This document shows, piece by piece, positions 29,178 through 40,718 of a DNA stretch of 40,718 nucleotides. The first letter of the stretch is position 1. Each line of letters begins with the position of its first letter. The notes below the pieces were generated by a model. It ran no database searches, was not told the DNA's origin, and worked only from the letters and a program-made list of their open reading frames with translations. Location of the stretch: the NCBI GenBank assembly GCA_003567955.1, contig PWYF01000191.1:1-40718 (forward strand). The letters are read 5' to 3'. This DNA comes from Thiotrichales bacterium (lineage in GTDB: Bacteria; Pseudomonadota; Gammaproteobacteria; UBA5335; SLRW01). Made by a program: the position numbers and the translations under genes.

Positions 29178-31079
29178 ATGCAAGCACGCCATATTTCCCT
29201 TCTGCTGTTATGCATCGCGCTGCTGACCAGCGCCTGCGCGCGACCCCTGCTGGAAAGCGATGCCGATCGCCAACAGCGCGTGCTGGCCGAGGCCGAGGCC
29301 GAAGCGGCGGCCGGTGAATACGCCAGCGCTGCCCGACGGGTGGAGGAACTGCTTGGCGAGCTGCCCCGGGACGAACAGATTGATGCCGCCCTGCAAGCGG
29401 CCGAATACTGGTTGCAGGCCGAGCGCATGCGCCAGGCGCTGGATCTCACCCGACGCCTTGATGAACTACCCCTGAGCCAGGAACAACTGGCAAGGCGCTA
29501 CCTGATTTACACTGAAATCCTGACCCGGCAGGGTCGCCACGCCCAGGCCGCCGACTACGTTCCCGAACCACTCGATGCCCTGCCCCCGGCCCTGCAGCAG
29601 CGCGGCCTCAAACTGCGCGCCGAAATCCGGATCATGCAGGGTGACGTCATTCCGGGGCTGCGCGACCTGCAACAGCGCGAAACGTTGCTGACAACCGCTA
29701 AAGCCCGTGAACAAAACCTGCACACAACATGGCACCTGCTCGGATCCACACCGGCAGACCTGGCGTTGATCAGCGCCCCCCGGGGAACTGAGCCGGGGAT
29801 TGTCGGCTGGCTGGAGCTTGGCGCGATTGCACAGCAACGATGGCGGGATCCGCGCAGGTTCCGCGAGCAATTGCGGTCCTGGCGCGACAGTTATCCGCAG
29901 CATCCTGCCAGCGGGCGACTGGTAGAGGATATTCTCGCCGAGCATCGCCGCCAGACCGATTATCCGCAACGAATTGCCGTATTGCTGCCTTTATCAGGCC
30001 GCTTTGCCGGCCCGGCCCATGCCGTACGTGACGGCCTGATGGCAGCACATTACGCCCGCCATGATGAGGCACAGACGACTGAAGTGCTGGTCTATGACAC
30101 CGGGGATTTTGCCGAGGATATCCTCGACAGCTACAACCTGGCCATCGAACAGGGCGCGGATTTTGTAATCGGCCCGTTGTCACGGGAGGCCCTGGCCATC
30201 CTGGCCGAGCAGCGCCGTCCCGCCGTGCCCACACTGGCACTCAACCGGCTGGACCCGGATGAGCATCGCATTCGCCGGCGCGAACTGTTCCAGTTCTCAC
30301 TCAACCCTGAGGACGAGGCCCGCCAGGTGGCCGAACGGGCGGCGCTGGACGGGCATGCCCGGGCCGTGGCCCTGGTCCAGCGCGGCGACTGGGGGGAGCG
30401 TGTGATCGCCGCCTTTGCCGAACGCTTTGAAGAACTCGGCGGTGAACTCCTCGCCTACACCACCTTCCTGCCCGACAGCCAGGACTTCTCCGGCGGTATC
30501 AGGCGACTCTTTGAAATCGACCGCAGTCAGCAACGTCAGCGCGCGCTCGCACGTACCCTCGGAGAAAACCCGGCTTTCGAACCACGCCGGCGCCAGGATG
30601 CCGAGATGGTCTTTATTGCCAGCTTCCCGGCCCAGGCCCGCCAGATCCGGCCCCAACTGCGCTTTCACCACGCCGGCGAGTTGCCGGTGTACGCCACATC
30701 GCATGTGTTTACCGGGCATGTCGACCGCCGCCAGGACCGCGACATGGACGGCATTATATTTCCGGACATGCCCTGGACACTGCACCCTGACGAATTCCCC
30801 GTGGCCGGCGAGTTAAGTGAGCTATGGGGCTCACGCTTTGACAGCCGCAGCCGTCTGTTTGCCATGGGCTACGATGCCTATCGCCTGGTCCCGCTGTTGC
30901 GGGACGGCGGCAGCGGCTTCCGGGGTTATTTCCCCGGCGCCACCGGCCATCTGTATCTGGACGAGAATGGCGAGCTGCGCCGATTGCTGCGCTGGGCCCA
31001 ATTCCACCGCGGCGCCCCCGATACCGAGCAACTGATCGCGCCATCCCCGGCGCTGGAAGTCGACCCCGAGCAGCCGTGA
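29178..31079 (+). CDS. lpoA: Penicillin-binding protein activator LpoA (LppC family lipoprotein)
   Basis: Signal peptide with lipobox LTSAC from the ATG at 29178, plus IAVLLPLSG, VIGPL, VYATS and RLFAMGYDAY. Divergent from rsmI and upstream of yraN. Confidence 0.9.
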   Translation: MQARHISLLLLCIALLTSACARPLLESDADRQQRVLAEAEAEAAAGEYASAARRVEELLGELPRDEQIDAALQAAEYWLQAERMRQALDLTRRLDELPLSQEQLARRYLIYTEILTRQGRHAQAADYVPEPLDALPPALQQRGLKLRAEIRIMQGDVIPGLRDLQQRETLLTTAKAREQNLHTTWHLLGSTPADLALISAPRGTEPGIVGWLELGAIAQQRWRDPRRFREQLRSWRDSYPQHPASGRLVEDILAEHRRQTDYPQRIAVLLPLSGRFAGPAHAVRDGLMAAHYARHDEAQTTEVLVYDTGDFAEDILDSYNLAIEQGADFVIGPLSREALAILAEQRRPAVPTLALNRLDPDEHRIRRRELFQFSLNPEDEARQVAERAALDGHARAVALVQRGDWGERVIAAFAERFEELGGELLAYTTFLPDSQDFSGGIRRLFEIDRSQQRQRALARTLGENPAFEPRRRQDAEMVFIASFPAQARQIRPQLRFHHAGELPVYATSHVFTGHVDRRQDRDMDGIIFPDMPWTLHPDEFPVAGELSELWGSRFDSRSRLFAMGYDAYRLVPLLRDGGSGFRGYFPGATGHLYLDENGELRRLLRWAQFHRGAPDTEQLIAPSPALEVDPEQP

Positions 31080-31429
31080 GCGAGCGTCGCGGCACACAAG
31101 CCGAACAGTTGGCCGAATCCTGGCTGACACGCCAGGGGCTAAGCCCGGTGGGCCGCAATTTCCGGGGGGCAGGCGGCGAGCTGGACCTGATCATGCGTGA
31201 GGGAGACACCCTGGTGATGCTGGAAGTGCGTCACCGCAGCGATGCCCGTCACGGCAATGCCGCAGAAAGCATCACCCCGGGCAAGCAGCAACGACTGATG
31301 CGCGCGGCGGAGTTGTTCCTGTTGCGCCATCCCGAACAGCGCCGGTTGTCGGTGCGCTTTGACGTGGTGGCGTTTGACGGCGAGCTGAAACTCCCCCCGC
31401 AGTGGCTCAAGGATGCCTTCAGGCCCTGA
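31076..31429 (+). CDS. yraN: YraN family (UPF0102) protein
   Basis: G..AE..A, RNFR..GELDLIM, EVR.R and RFDVVA. Confidence 0.93.
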   Translation: MSERRGTQAEQLAESWLTRQGLSPVGRNFRGAGGELDLIMREGDTLVMLEVRHRSDARHGNAAESITPGKQQRLMRAAELFLLRHPEQRRLSVRFDVVAFDGELKLPPQWLKDAFRP

Positions 31430-31439
31430 AGGCCCGGGT

Positions 31440-31838
31440 TTATTTGACCACCTTGAGCTGTGGACGCTGCTTGTCGCCCCCTTCCTCTGACGGTGGCCCG
31501 TCACCTCCGGGGCCATCGGGACCGCCATCCTCGTCCGGCGGGAACATGATGCCTTCGCCATTTTCCCTGGCATACACGGCAAGCACGGCCTTGCCGGGCA
31601 CGAACACCGCATGCGCCACGCCACCAAAACGGGCGCTGAAGCTGACAGCGTCGTTAGTGATTGACAGGCCCTGCACCGCACCGGGCGCGATGTTCAGAAT
31701 AATGCGGCCATCCTGGACATAATCCGAAGGCACCTGAACCCCGGGCAGGGTGGCGTCAACAAGCAGGTGGGGGGTGCAGTCGTTATCCAGAATCCACTCG
31801 TAAATGGCACGGATCAGATACGGCTTGCGGGAAGTCAT
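31440..31838 (-). CDS. sspB: ClpXP adaptor SspB
   Basis: MTSRKPYLIRAIYEWILDN, FSARFGG, YARENG and C-terminal ClpX-binding LKVVK. Confidence 0.95.
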   Translation of the reverse strand: MTSRKPYLIRAIYEWILDNDCTPHLLVDATLPGVQVPSDYVQDGRIILNIAPGAVQGLSITNDAVSFSARFGGVAHAVFVPGKAVLAVYARENGEGIMFPPDEDGGPDGPGGDGPPSEEGGDKQRPQLKVVK

Positions 31839-31861
31839 AAGCGGTGATCCCAACGGCGCTT

Positions 31862-32491
31862 TCAGTGCTTTCGCATGTCCCGTTCGACCTCGGACAAACT
31901 GGCCTGGAAGCCCGGTCGTGCAAACATGCGACCGGCATAATCCTGGATCGCGGCCGCCTGGCGTGGCAACTCTATGCCGTGATGCGGCAGCCGCCACAGT
32001 ACCGGCAGCACCGTGCTGTCAACAATGCTGTACTCCTCGCTGAGGAAATACGGCATGGCGGCGAATAATTCCACGCTACTCAGTAATTGTTCCAGCAACT
32101 GCTTGCGCGGTTTAGCGGCGGCCTTGCCACTGCGCCGCTCCAGCTCCGCCAGCAGCGGATACCAGTCGCGCTCGATACGATACATCACCAACCGGGCCCG
32201 GGCCCGGGCCACCGGGTCAACCGGCATCAGCGGCGGATGCGGGAAGCGCTCGTCCAGATACTCCATAATCACCCGCCCCTCATAGAGCACCAGTTCGCGA
32301 TCCACCAGTGTTGGCACGGAATGATAGGGGTTGAGATCGAGCAGGTCTTCCGGCAGCTCCCCGTCACCGACCTCGACAAGCTCATGACTGATGCCCTTCT
32401 CGGCCAGCACAATACGCACCCGGTGGCATTCCGGGCAGGCAGCTCGACTAAAGAGAGTCATCACCGAACGTCTGCTGGTGACCTGGCTCAT
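31862..32491 (-). CDS. sspA: Stringent starvation protein A (GST fold)
   Basis: HRVRIVLAEKG, NPYHSVPTLVDR and EYLDERFPHPPLMPVDP. Confidence 0.95.
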   Translation of the reverse strand: MSQVTSRRSVMTLFSRAACPECHRVRIVLAEKGISHELVEVGDGELPEDLLDLNPYHSVPTLVDRELVLYEGRVIMEYLDERFPHPPLMPVDPVARARARLVMYRIERDWYPLLAELERRSGKAAAKPRKQLLEQLLSSVELFAAMPYFLSEEYSIVDSTVLPVLWRLPHHGIELPRQAAAIQDYAGRMFARPGFQASLSEVERDMRKH

Positions 32492-32548
32492 ACTGTGGCC
32501 TCTGTGATGATAGTGTCGCTCGTCCGGCAACACCCGGGGCAAGCTCGG

Positions 32549-32594
32549 GCGAGCATCAACCTGACCCGGGCTAACGGGCCGGGTTGATACTCGC
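32549..32594. terminator. Long hairpin between petC and sspA
   Basis: 20-nt arms 32549-32568 and 32575-32594 match at 17/20. On the minus-strand RNA two of the three mismatches are G-U pairs. No U-tract. Confidence 0.45.
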
Positions 32595-32617
32595 AGATAT
32601 TGATGCGCTGGCTATCC

Positions 32618-33358
32618 TCAGTGCACGTCCTTCCAGTATTCCTGCTTGAGCATATAGGCAAGCATGGTGAACAGAACCAGGAAAATCAGCACCCACAGCC
32701 CGATACGCTCACGCTGCAGACGGGCCGGCTCGGAAACATAAGTCAGATAATTGACCAGATCAGTCACGGCCCGGTCATACTCACGCGGACTCATACTGCC
32801 TTCACTCACCTGCTCGAAGCCGGCAAAACGCTGTTCACCGTCGACCTCTTCGTAGACCGCCCGCTGAACACCCTGCAGGCCGACAAGCACGTGCGGCATG
32901 CTGGTATTGGACACCACCAGATTGTTCATGCCTACGGGCCGCTCTTCATCCTCGTAGTATCCATGCAGGAAGGCATACAGCCAGCGCGGCCCGTGGGAGC
33001 GTGCCACCAGACTGAGATCAGGCGGCGCCTGGCCAAACCACTGCTCGGCATCTTCCGCCGGCATCGCCACCTGCATGGTTTCATGGATATTATCAGTGGT
33101 GAACATCAGGCTCTCGCTGACCACGTCCTCGGGCAGGCCCAGGTCTTCCGCCATGCGCCGGTAACGCATGTACTGCGCTGAATGACAACTCAGGCAGTAG
33201 TTGTGGAACAGACGTGCGCCGCGCTGCAACGAAGCCTTGTTATGTACATCCAGCTCCAGCTCCAGACCGTCAATCTCCGGCACCGTCGGCCAGGCCGCTA
33301 TCGCAGTCATTGGCGCCAGCAGCAAGCCCATCATCGCAAGCAAGATTATTTTTCGCAT
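32618..33358 (-). CDS. petC: Cytochrome c1
   Basis: Signal peptide, CLSCH heme motif, PPDLS, SMPHVL and C-terminal TM ending YWKDVH. TGATG coupling to petB. Confidence 0.96.
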   Translation of the reverse strand: MRKIILLAMMGLLLAPMTAIAAWPTVPEIDGLELELDVHNKASLQRGARLFHNYCLSCHSAQYMRYRRMAEDLGLPEDVVSESLMFTTDNIHETMQVAMPAEDAEQWFGQAPPDLSLVARSHGPRWLYAFLHGYYEDEERPVGMNNLVVSNTSMPHVLVGLQGVQRAVYEEVDGEQRFAGFEQVSEGSMSPREYDRAVTDLVNYLTYVSEPARLQRERIGLWVLIFLVLFTMLAYMLKQEYWKDVH

Positions 33359-34584
33359 CAGCCTGTCACCCTGTCCGGAACCGGTTTGGTCTTGTCCCAA
33401 CTCGTATACAACGGCATCAGCAGGAAGAAACCGAAGTAGATCAAGGTCCCCACCTGCGCCAGCGTCGTGTACAGACCACCCGCCGGCTGCGTACCGAGAT
33501 ATCCGAGTACCACGAAACTGATCACAAACAGCGTCAGTGCGGTTTTGTACATCCAGCCCCGGTAGCGAATCGAACGCACCGGTGAGCGATCCAGCCAGGG
33601 CAGAAAGAACAACACCAGCACCGCGGCAAACATCAACACCACACCGGCCAGATCATTGGGTACTGCCCTCAAGATCGCGTAGAAGGGGGTGAAATACCAC
33701 ACCGGGGCGATATGATCGGGCGTAGCCAGCGGATCAGCACGCTCGAAGTTGGGATACTCCAGGAACAACCCGCCCATCTCCGGCGCGAAGAAAATCACCA
33801 GCGCGCAGAGGAACAGGAACACACCCACGCCAAAGATATCCTTCACCGTGTAGTAGGGATGGAAGGGAATACCATCCAGCGGCTTGCCGTCCTTGTCCTT
33901 GTGCTGCTTGATATCCACGCCATCGGGGTTGTTGGAGCCGACCTCATGCAGCGCCAGGATATGCGCGACCACCAGGGCCAGCAACACCAGTGGCAGGGCG
34001 ATCACATGCAGGGCGAAGAAGCGATTCAGGGTGGCATCCCCGATCACATAATCGCCACGAATCCAGGTCACCAGCTCATCACCAAAGAAGGGAATGGCCC
34101 CGAACAGCGAGATGATGACCTGGGCGCCCCAGTAGGACATCTGCCCCCAGGGCAACACATAGCCCATGAAGGCCTCGGCCATGAGCACCAGATAAATCAG
34201 CATGCCCAGAATCCAGATCAGCTCCCGCGGGCGCTGATAGGAGCCATACAGCATGGCCCGGAACATGTGCAGATAAATCACCACGAAGAAGGCCGAAGCG
34301 CCGGTGCTGTGCATGTAGCGAATCAGCCAGCCCCAGTCCACATCGCGCATGATGTATTCGACCGAACCGAAGGCTTCCTCGGCACTGGGCTTGTAGTGCA
34401 TGGTGAGGAAAATACCGGTGACGATCTGGTTAACCAGCACCAGCAGCGCGAGACTGCCGAAGAAATACCAGAAATTGAAATTCTTCGGCGCGTAGTACTC
34501 GGCCACATGCTCATTCCACATGCGGGTGAGCGGAAAACGTTCGTCAATCCAGCCAAGCAGGCCGCCCTGGGCGTTGCCACTCAT
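33358..34584 (-). CDS. petB: Cytochrome b
   Basis: RYMHSTGAS, LPWGQMSYWGA, RFFALH and PVWY (PEWY equivalent). Confidence 0.98.
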   Translation of the reverse strand: MSGNAQGGLLGWIDERFPLTRMWNEHVAEYYAPKNFNFWYFFGSLALLVLVNQIVTGIFLTMHYKPSAEEAFGSVEYIMRDVDWGWLIRYMHSTGASAFFVVIYLHMFRAMLYGSYQRPRELIWILGMLIYLVLMAEAFMGYVLPWGQMSYWGAQVIISLFGAIPFFGDELVTWIRGDYVIGDATLNRFFALHVIALPLVLLALVVAHILALHEVGSNNPDGVDIKQHKDKDGKPLDGIPFHPYYTVKDIFGVGVFLFLCALVIFFAPEMGGLFLEYPNFERADPLATPDHIAPVWYFTPFYAILRAVPNDLAGVVLMFAAVLVLFFLPWLDRSPVRSIRYRGWMYKTALTLFVISFVVLGYLGTQPAGGLYTTLAQVGTLIYFGFFLLMPLYTSWDKTKPVPDRVTG

Positions 34585-35177
34585 CAGGCCTCTCCTCCGT
34601 CTTCACCGATAACCAGCACCGTATCGCTGGCGTAGCGATGCGGCGGCACGGCCATGTTCAGCTGCGCGGGCACACCGGCATACACACGCCCGGCCAGGTC
34701 AAAATAGGAACCGTGACAGGGGCAGAAAAACCCGCCGGTCCACTGCTCGTGAATCTCGGGTGCCGGCGCGTCCGGGCGAAACAGCGGCGAACAGCCCAGA
34801 TGGGTGCAGATACCTACCAGCACCAGGTATTCCTCGCGAATCGAGCGGTATTCGTTACGCGCATATTCCGGCTGCTGATCACGCTCGGAGTCGGGATCCC
34901 GCAGGCGGATTTCCTGGGTGCGCAAACGGGCCAGCATGTCATCGGAGCGCCGCACCACCCATACCGGCCGGCCACGCCATTCCGTGGTCAGGCGCTCGCC
35001 GGGCTGAAGCTGGCTGACATCAACCTCCACCGGCGCCCCGGCCGCCTGGGCCCGCTCGCTGGGCGCCATGGACGCCAGAAAGGGATACAGTGCCGCCACT
35101 ACACCGGCACCGCCCACCGCAGCCGTGGCGCGGGTAAGAAAGCGCCGCCTGCTGGTATCCACACCTTCATTACTCAT
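34584..35177 (-). CDS. petA: Rieske iron-sulfur subunit of cytochrome bc1
   Basis: Tat motif SRRRFL, CTHLGC and CPCHGS. ATG at 35177. Confidence 0.96.
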   Translation of the reverse strand: MSNEGVDTSRRRFLTRATAAVGGAGVVAALYPFLASMAPSERAQAAGAPVEVDVSQLQPGERLTTEWRGRPVWVVRRSDDMLARLRTQEIRLRDPDSERDQQPEYARNEYRSIREEYLVLVGICTHLGCSPLFRPDAPAPEIHEQWTGGFFCPCHGSYFDLAGRVYAGVPAQLNMAVPPHRYASDTVLVIGEDGGEA

Positions 35178-35387
35178 GCAAGAAAGTCCCCCAGACTCGA
35201 TTCCCGATGCCATCGACCGGCAACCCCGGGGCACCGGCCTCACGGGGCGACAAAAAGCCCCTGATTCAAGCGTGTCGCACTCCAACCAAAGAAAACCGTC
35301 AGCCCGCGCAGGGCACCGGAGATGCAAACAGGCCGGAATTATACACGGCCGCAAGGATGATTCACCACTCCCCCTGCGGAATAAGCC

Positions 35388-36494
35388 CTATTCCTGATCT
35401 GAATCACCCCCCAACACAAGATCAAGAGCCTTGAGCAGCTGGCGATTTTCCTCGCTCGTGCCGACAGTAATCCGCAGACAAGCCGTCAGCGCCGGGTGGC
35501 TTCCATCCAGGTTTTTCACCAGCACGCCCTGCGCCCGCAGCCCGGAATGCACCCGGGCGGCATCCCTGCCATGCAACCGTACCAGCAGGAAATTGGCTTC
35601 ACTGGGCCAAACGTCCAGATCACCCCGTGAGGCCAGTGCCTGAAACAACACCTCGCGATCTTCACAAACCCGGGCGATACGGACGCGCAGTTCATCCTCG
35701 TGGCGCAGAGCAAACGCCGCGCTGGCCTGGGTCAGGCTGTTGATATTGTAGGGCAGGCGCAGCTTGTCGAACTGCTCCAGCCAGGCTGGTGGACCAGCCA
35801 GCAGCCCCAGCCGGAGGCCCGCCAGGCCAATTTTGGACACGGTGGCCATCACCAGCAGATTGGGCCAGCGCTCAAGCCAGGCCATGACACTGTCGCCGGC
35901 AAACGGCGCATAGGCCTCATCCACCACCACCAGGCCGGGCGCCGCCTCAAGTACGGCTTCAAGGGCCTCGGGCGCAAAGCGATTGCCGGTGGGGTTGTTG
36001 GGTCGCGCCAGCATCACCAGTGCCGGCTGCAGGCGCTTGATGGCGGCCAGCATGGCTGGCACATCCAGCCCGAAATCATCCCTGCGCAGCGGCACGCCTT
36101 CACAGCGCATGCCGGTAAAGCGGGCAATCATCCCGTACATACTGAAGGAAGGCTCGGGCATCAGCATCGTGGCGCCCGGGCGATTCAGCGCCAGGCACAG
36201 CAGCTGGATCAATTCATCAGAGCCGTTGCCCAGCATCACGCGGGCCGCATCGGGCACACTGAAAAACCGCCGCAACCCCGGCGCCAGCGCGCTGGCCTGC
36301 GGATCGGGATAACGATTGAGCTCAACCGTCTGCAACTGCGCCAGCCAGGCGTCTGTCAATGCCGGCGGCCAGCCGTGGGGGTTTTCCATGGCGTCCAGTT
36401 TGACCGGCCCGTCAAAGGGCGGCACCGCATAGGCCTCGAGCTCGAGAATCTCTTTCCGAACCCAGCGGCTTGCCAAAGACCGCGCGTCATCCAT
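35388..36494 (-). CDS. hisC: Histidinol-phosphate aminotransferase
   Basis: [30 protein letters not shown] and [11 protein letters not shown]. The ATG at 36494 overlaps the hisD stop. Confidence 0.95.
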   Translation of the reverse strand: MDDARSLASRWVRKEILELEAYAVPPFDGPVKLDAMENPHGWPPALTDAWLAQLQTVELNRYPDPQASALAPGLRRFFSVPDAARVMLGNGSDELIQLLCLALNRPGATMLMPEPSFSMYGMIARFTGMRCEGVPLRRDDFGLDVPAMLAAIKRLQPALVMLARPNNPTGNRFAPEALEAVLEAAPGLVVVDEAYAPFAGDSVMAWLERWPNLLVMATVSKIGLAGLRLGLLAGPPAWLEQFDKLRLPYNINSLTQASAAFALRHEDELRVRIARVCEDREVLFQALASRGDLDVWPSEANFLLVRLHGRDAARVHSGLRAQGVLVKNLDGSHPALTACLRITVGTSEENRQLLKALDLVLGGDSDQE

Positions 36495-37809
36495 CCTTGG
36501 CTTCCATGCGACATTCAGCGGAACGGGCATGCGCTTCCAGTCCTTCCGCCCGGGCCAGCACGGATGCCACCCGGCCCAGCTCGCGCGCGCCTTCGGGCGA
36601 ACAGTGGATCACACTGGCGCGCTTCTGGAAGTCATAGACCCCCAGCGGCGAGGAAAAGCGTGCGGTACGCGCGGTCGGCAGCACATGGTTGGGGCCGGCA
36701 CAGTAATCCCCCACCACTTCGGCTGAATAACGCCCCATGAACACTGCACCAGCGTGCCGCACACGGGCCAGAAAGGCCTCCGGGTCGGCCAGAGACAACT
36801 CCAGATGCTCCGGCGCCACCCGATTCACAATCTCGACGGCCTCGTCCAGATCACGCACCTCGACCACCGCCCCACGATCCAGCAGCGAGGCGCGAATAAT
36901 ATCCGCCCGCGGCATCTCCGGCAGCAGTCGCTCTATCGCGGCCAGTACCCGGTCAATAAACGCCGCATCGGGGCTGACCAGCAGCGCCTGGGCATCCTCG
37001 TCATGCTCGGACTGGGCAAACATGTCCAGCGCAATCCAGTCCGGGTCGGTATCGCCATCACAAACCACCAGGATTTCCGAAGGGCCGGCGATCATATCAA
37101 TGCCGACCACGCCGTAGACCAGACGCTTGGCGGCCGCCACATAGCGGTTGCCGGGCCCGGTGATCTTGTCCACTGCCGGCACGGTTTCAGTTCCCCAGGC
37201 CATAGCCGCTATCGCCTGGGCGCCACCGAGCATGAACACCCGGTCCACCCCGGCCACGCTGGCCGCCGCCAGCACCATGTCATCGAGTTCGCCATCGGGT
37301 GCCGGTACGCACATGATGATCTCACCGACCCCGGCCACCCGGGCCGGCACCACATTCATCAACACCGTGGAGGGATAGGCTGCCTTGCCACCGGGCACAT
37401 AGACCCCGGCCCGATCCAGGGGCCGCACCGTCTGCCCCAGCACAGTGCCGTCCGCCTCCTGGTAGGACCAGGACTCACCGCGCTGATGCTCGGCATAGCG
37501 CCGCAGGCGCGTTGCGGCCACCTCCAGCGCCTCGCGCTGCTTGTCATCAATGCGCGCCAGCGCTTCACCCAGACGCGCCGGGGGCACTTCCAGCGCCGCG
37601 CCGCTGCCCGGATCCAGCCGATCAAAGCGACGGGTATATTCAAGCAGCGCCGCATCCCCCCGCTGGCGCACATCGGCGAGAATGCCGCTGACCACATCGA
37701 ATACCCCGGCATCATCGGCTTCCAGTCGAGACATCAGACGCTCGAGTTGAGGGCCGAAATCCGGATCACGGGTACGCAGTCGCTTGATATTGAGAGCCTG
37801 CTCCACCAC
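36487..37809 (-). CDS. hisD: Histidinol dehydrogenase
   Basis: [29 protein letters not shown] and GPNHVLPT. Confidence 0.97.
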   Translation of the reverse strand: MVEQALNIKRLRTRDPDFGPQLERLMSRLEADDAGVFDVVSGILADVRQRGDAALLEYTRRFDRLDPGSGAALEVPPARLGEALARIDDKQREALEVAATRLRRYAEHQRGESWSYQEADGTVLGQTVRPLDRAGVYVPGGKAAYPSTVLMNVVPARVAGVGEIIMCVPAPDGELDDMVLAAASVAGVDRVFMLGGAQAIAAMAWGTETVPAVDKITGPGNRYVAAAKRLVYGVVGIDMIAGPSEILVVCDGDTDPDWIALDMFAQSEHDEDAQALLVSPDAAFIDRVLAAIERLLPEMPRADIIRASLLDRGAVVEVRDLDEAVEIVNRVAPEHLELSLADPEAFLARVRHAGAVFMGRYSAEVVGDYCAGPNHVLPTARTARFSSPLGVYDFQKRASVIHCSPEGARELGRVASVLARAEGLEAHARSAECRMEAKDG

Positions 37810-37815
37810 CGAAAA

Positions 37816-38493
37816 TTACTCCTCTGCCGCCGCTGGCGCGGTGCCGGCAGCCGTCACTGCCTGGCGCAGCGCGTCAATAAAATCGCGCACACGCTGGTTG
37901 CGGGTCTTGAAGGCGACCTTGTTGACGATCAGGCGCGAGCTGATATCCGCCACATGCTCCAGTGGCTCCAGGCCGTTGGCCCGCAGGGTGCTGCCCGTAT
38001 CCACCACATCCACGATACAGTCTGCCAGTCCCAGCACCGGCGCAAGCTCCATGGAGCCATACAGTTTGATCAACTCGACCTGCTGGCCACGGCTGGCAAA
38101 AAACCGTCGGGTGGTATTGATGTACTTGGTCGCCACCCGCAGACGGCCGTCCGGCATCACGGCACCCTCGCGCGCGGCGGTCATCAGCCGGCAGCGGGCA
38201 ATACCCAGATCCAGCGGCTCATACAGGCCGGCACCCCCATGCTCCATCAGCACGTCCTTGCCCGCCACGCCCAGATCGGCCGCGCCGTACTCCACATAGG
38301 TGGGCACATCCGAGGCACGCAGAATCAACAAGCGCACATCAGCCACGCTGGTCTGTAACACCAGCTTGCGGCTGCTTTCCGGATCGCCATGCACTTCGAT
38401 TCCGGCGCGGGCAAGCAACGGCAGAGTCTCCCTGAAAATACGCCCTTTCGACAGGGCCACTGTCAGGGGAAGCTGTTCGCCATTCGTGCTCAT
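37816..38493 (-). CDS. hisG: ATP phosphoribosyltransferase, short form (HisZ-dependent)
   Basis: [33 protein letters not shown] and DVVDTGSTL. At ~225 aa it lacks the C-terminal regulatory domain. Confidence 0.95.
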   Translation of the reverse strand: MSTNGEQLPLTVALSKGRIFRETLPLLARAGIEVHGDPESSRKLVLQTSVADVRLLILRASDVPTYVEYGAADLGVAGKDVLMEHGGAGLYEPLDLGIARCRLMTAAREGAVMPDGRLRVATKYINTTRRFFASRGQQVELIKLYGSMELAPVLGLADCIVDVVDTGSTLRANGLEPLEHVADISSRLIVNKVAFKTRNQRVRDFIDALRQAVTAAGTAPAAAEE

Positions 38494-38521
38494 CAAAAAA
38501 CTCCGTCAGAAAAACACTGGT

Positions 38522-39787
<1,266 letters not shown>

Positions 39788-39860
39788 TTACTCCCAGTCC
39801 ATTAGTGCCTGCCCGTCGGGGTATTGCTAACCGACAGGCCGGGACAGACACGCGGTGCTT

Positions 39861-40100
39861 TCAATTCGCGCGCTGGTGCTCTGCGGGCGTCAGTGTTTTC
39901 AGCGATAACGCGTGCACCTCGCCGCCCATGCGTTCGCCCAGTGCGTCATAGACCATGCGATGACGGCTCAGCACCGGCTTGCCCTCAAAGGCATCCGAAA
40001 CCACCAGCGCCTGGAAGTGCACGCCATCATCCCCCGCCACCTGGATCCGGGCATCGGGCAGATGGGACTCGATCATCTCTCTGATCGCTTCGGGTGTCAT
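39861..40100 (-). CDS. ibaG: BolA/IbaG family protein
   Basis: DDGVHFQALVVS..F.G...RHRMVY..VHALSLKT.TP.E. Immediately upstream of murA. Confidence 0.85.
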   Translation of the reverse strand: MTPEAIREMIESHLPDARIQVAGDDGVHFQALVVSDAFEGKPVLSRHRMVYDALGERMGGEVHALSLKTLTPAEHQRAN

Positions 40101-40273
40101 ATGTATTCTCCCGGATAACCGGCCGGACCCGGCCGGCGTAAAAGCCGTAAGCATGCCAATGATATAGAAAAGCGCCGCGCCGCGAAATGCCGAGGGCGGC
40201 TCACATACGCCCGAACTCCGGTACCATGGGCAACAACTTCCCCCATGAGCGGCTGCAACAGCGGGAACCCGGC

Positions 40274-40718
40274 ATGCTAGTTTATATCGCCATTGTCATT
40301 CTGGCCCTGGCCGCCCTGGTGTGGAGTGCCGACCGTTTCGTGCTGGCTGCTTCGCGTACCGCGCGCACAATGGGTCTACCGCCCTTGCTGGTAGGGCTGA
40401 CCGTTGTCGCCATGGGCACCTCTGCCCCCGAGCTGCTGGTCTCCGCCACAGCTGCGGTACAAGGTCGTCCCGGCATCGCCATCGGCAACGCGCTGGGCTC
40501 GAATATTGCCAATATCGCCCTGATTCTCGGCCTGACCGCCCTGATCGCCCCTGTTGCCGTCTACTCCCGTCTGCTGCGCCGCGAGTTTCCGGCCCTGATA
40601 TTGACCACGGGGCTGGCGATCCTGCTCATGGCCAACAATCAGCTCACCCGGCTGGATGGCCTGATCCTGCTGGCGGCATTTATCATCCTGCTGACATGGC
40701 TCGCATGGCTGGCGCGCC
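40274..40718 (+). CDS. yrbG: Calcium/sodium antiporter, YrbG/CaCA family (3' truncated by window end; absent from the ORF track)
   Basis: Manual translation gives MLVYIAIVILALAALVWSADRFV...GLTVVAMGTSAPELLVS...GNALGSNIANIALILG, which is the CaCA alpha-1 repeat. Confidence 0.88.
   Translation, partial: MLVYIAIVILALAALVWSADRFVLAASRTARTMGLPPLLVGLTVVAMGTSAPELLVSATAAVQGRPGIAIGNALGSNIANIALILGLTALIAPVAVYSRLLRREFPALILTTGLAILLMANNQLTRLDGLILLAAFIILLTWLAWLAR

Noticed and set aside
33358-34584. PVWY in place of the PEWY motif of cytochrome b
   Set aside because: This is a known variant in beta- and gammaproteobacterial bc1 complexes, so it is not novel.

Overview
The window comes from a high-GC gammaproteobacterial chromosome; gene order and protein style suggest a Chromatiales/Ectothiorhodospiraceae-like organism (inference). 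About 38.6 kb (2059-40718) is conserved housekeeping DNA. It holds the Nudix(MutT)-ThiE-like fusion, argJ, secA, an M23 peptidase, dciA, lpxC, the full dcw cluster (mraZ to ftsZ), rnpB, rsmI, lpoA, yraN, sspBA, petCBA, hisCDG, murA, a bolA/ibaG gene and the 5' part of a YrbG-type Ca2+/Na+ antiporter. The unusual part is the first ~2.1 kb, attached to the 3' end of the Nudix gene. Two convergent type II toxin-antitoxin modules (higBA and RHH-antitoxin/mazF) each carry their own apparently leaderless sigma70 promoter. They sit in a scaffold of non-coding repeats whose order C-A-B occurs twice. B is a 48-bp direct repeat that duplicates the Nudix gene's last codons and stop. B also forms the 33-bp terminal inverted repeats of a 517-bp non-coding element, with a collapsed 39-bp copy of that element at 861-899. 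C is a 164-bp palindrome with an inverted copy at the window edge. The element also contains a nested REP-like hairpin and several mostly three-unit microarrays of 7-, 8- and 9-nt period. No recombinase, transposase, integrase or cas gene lies in the window. The array runs off the left edge, so the mobilising mechanism is inference only.
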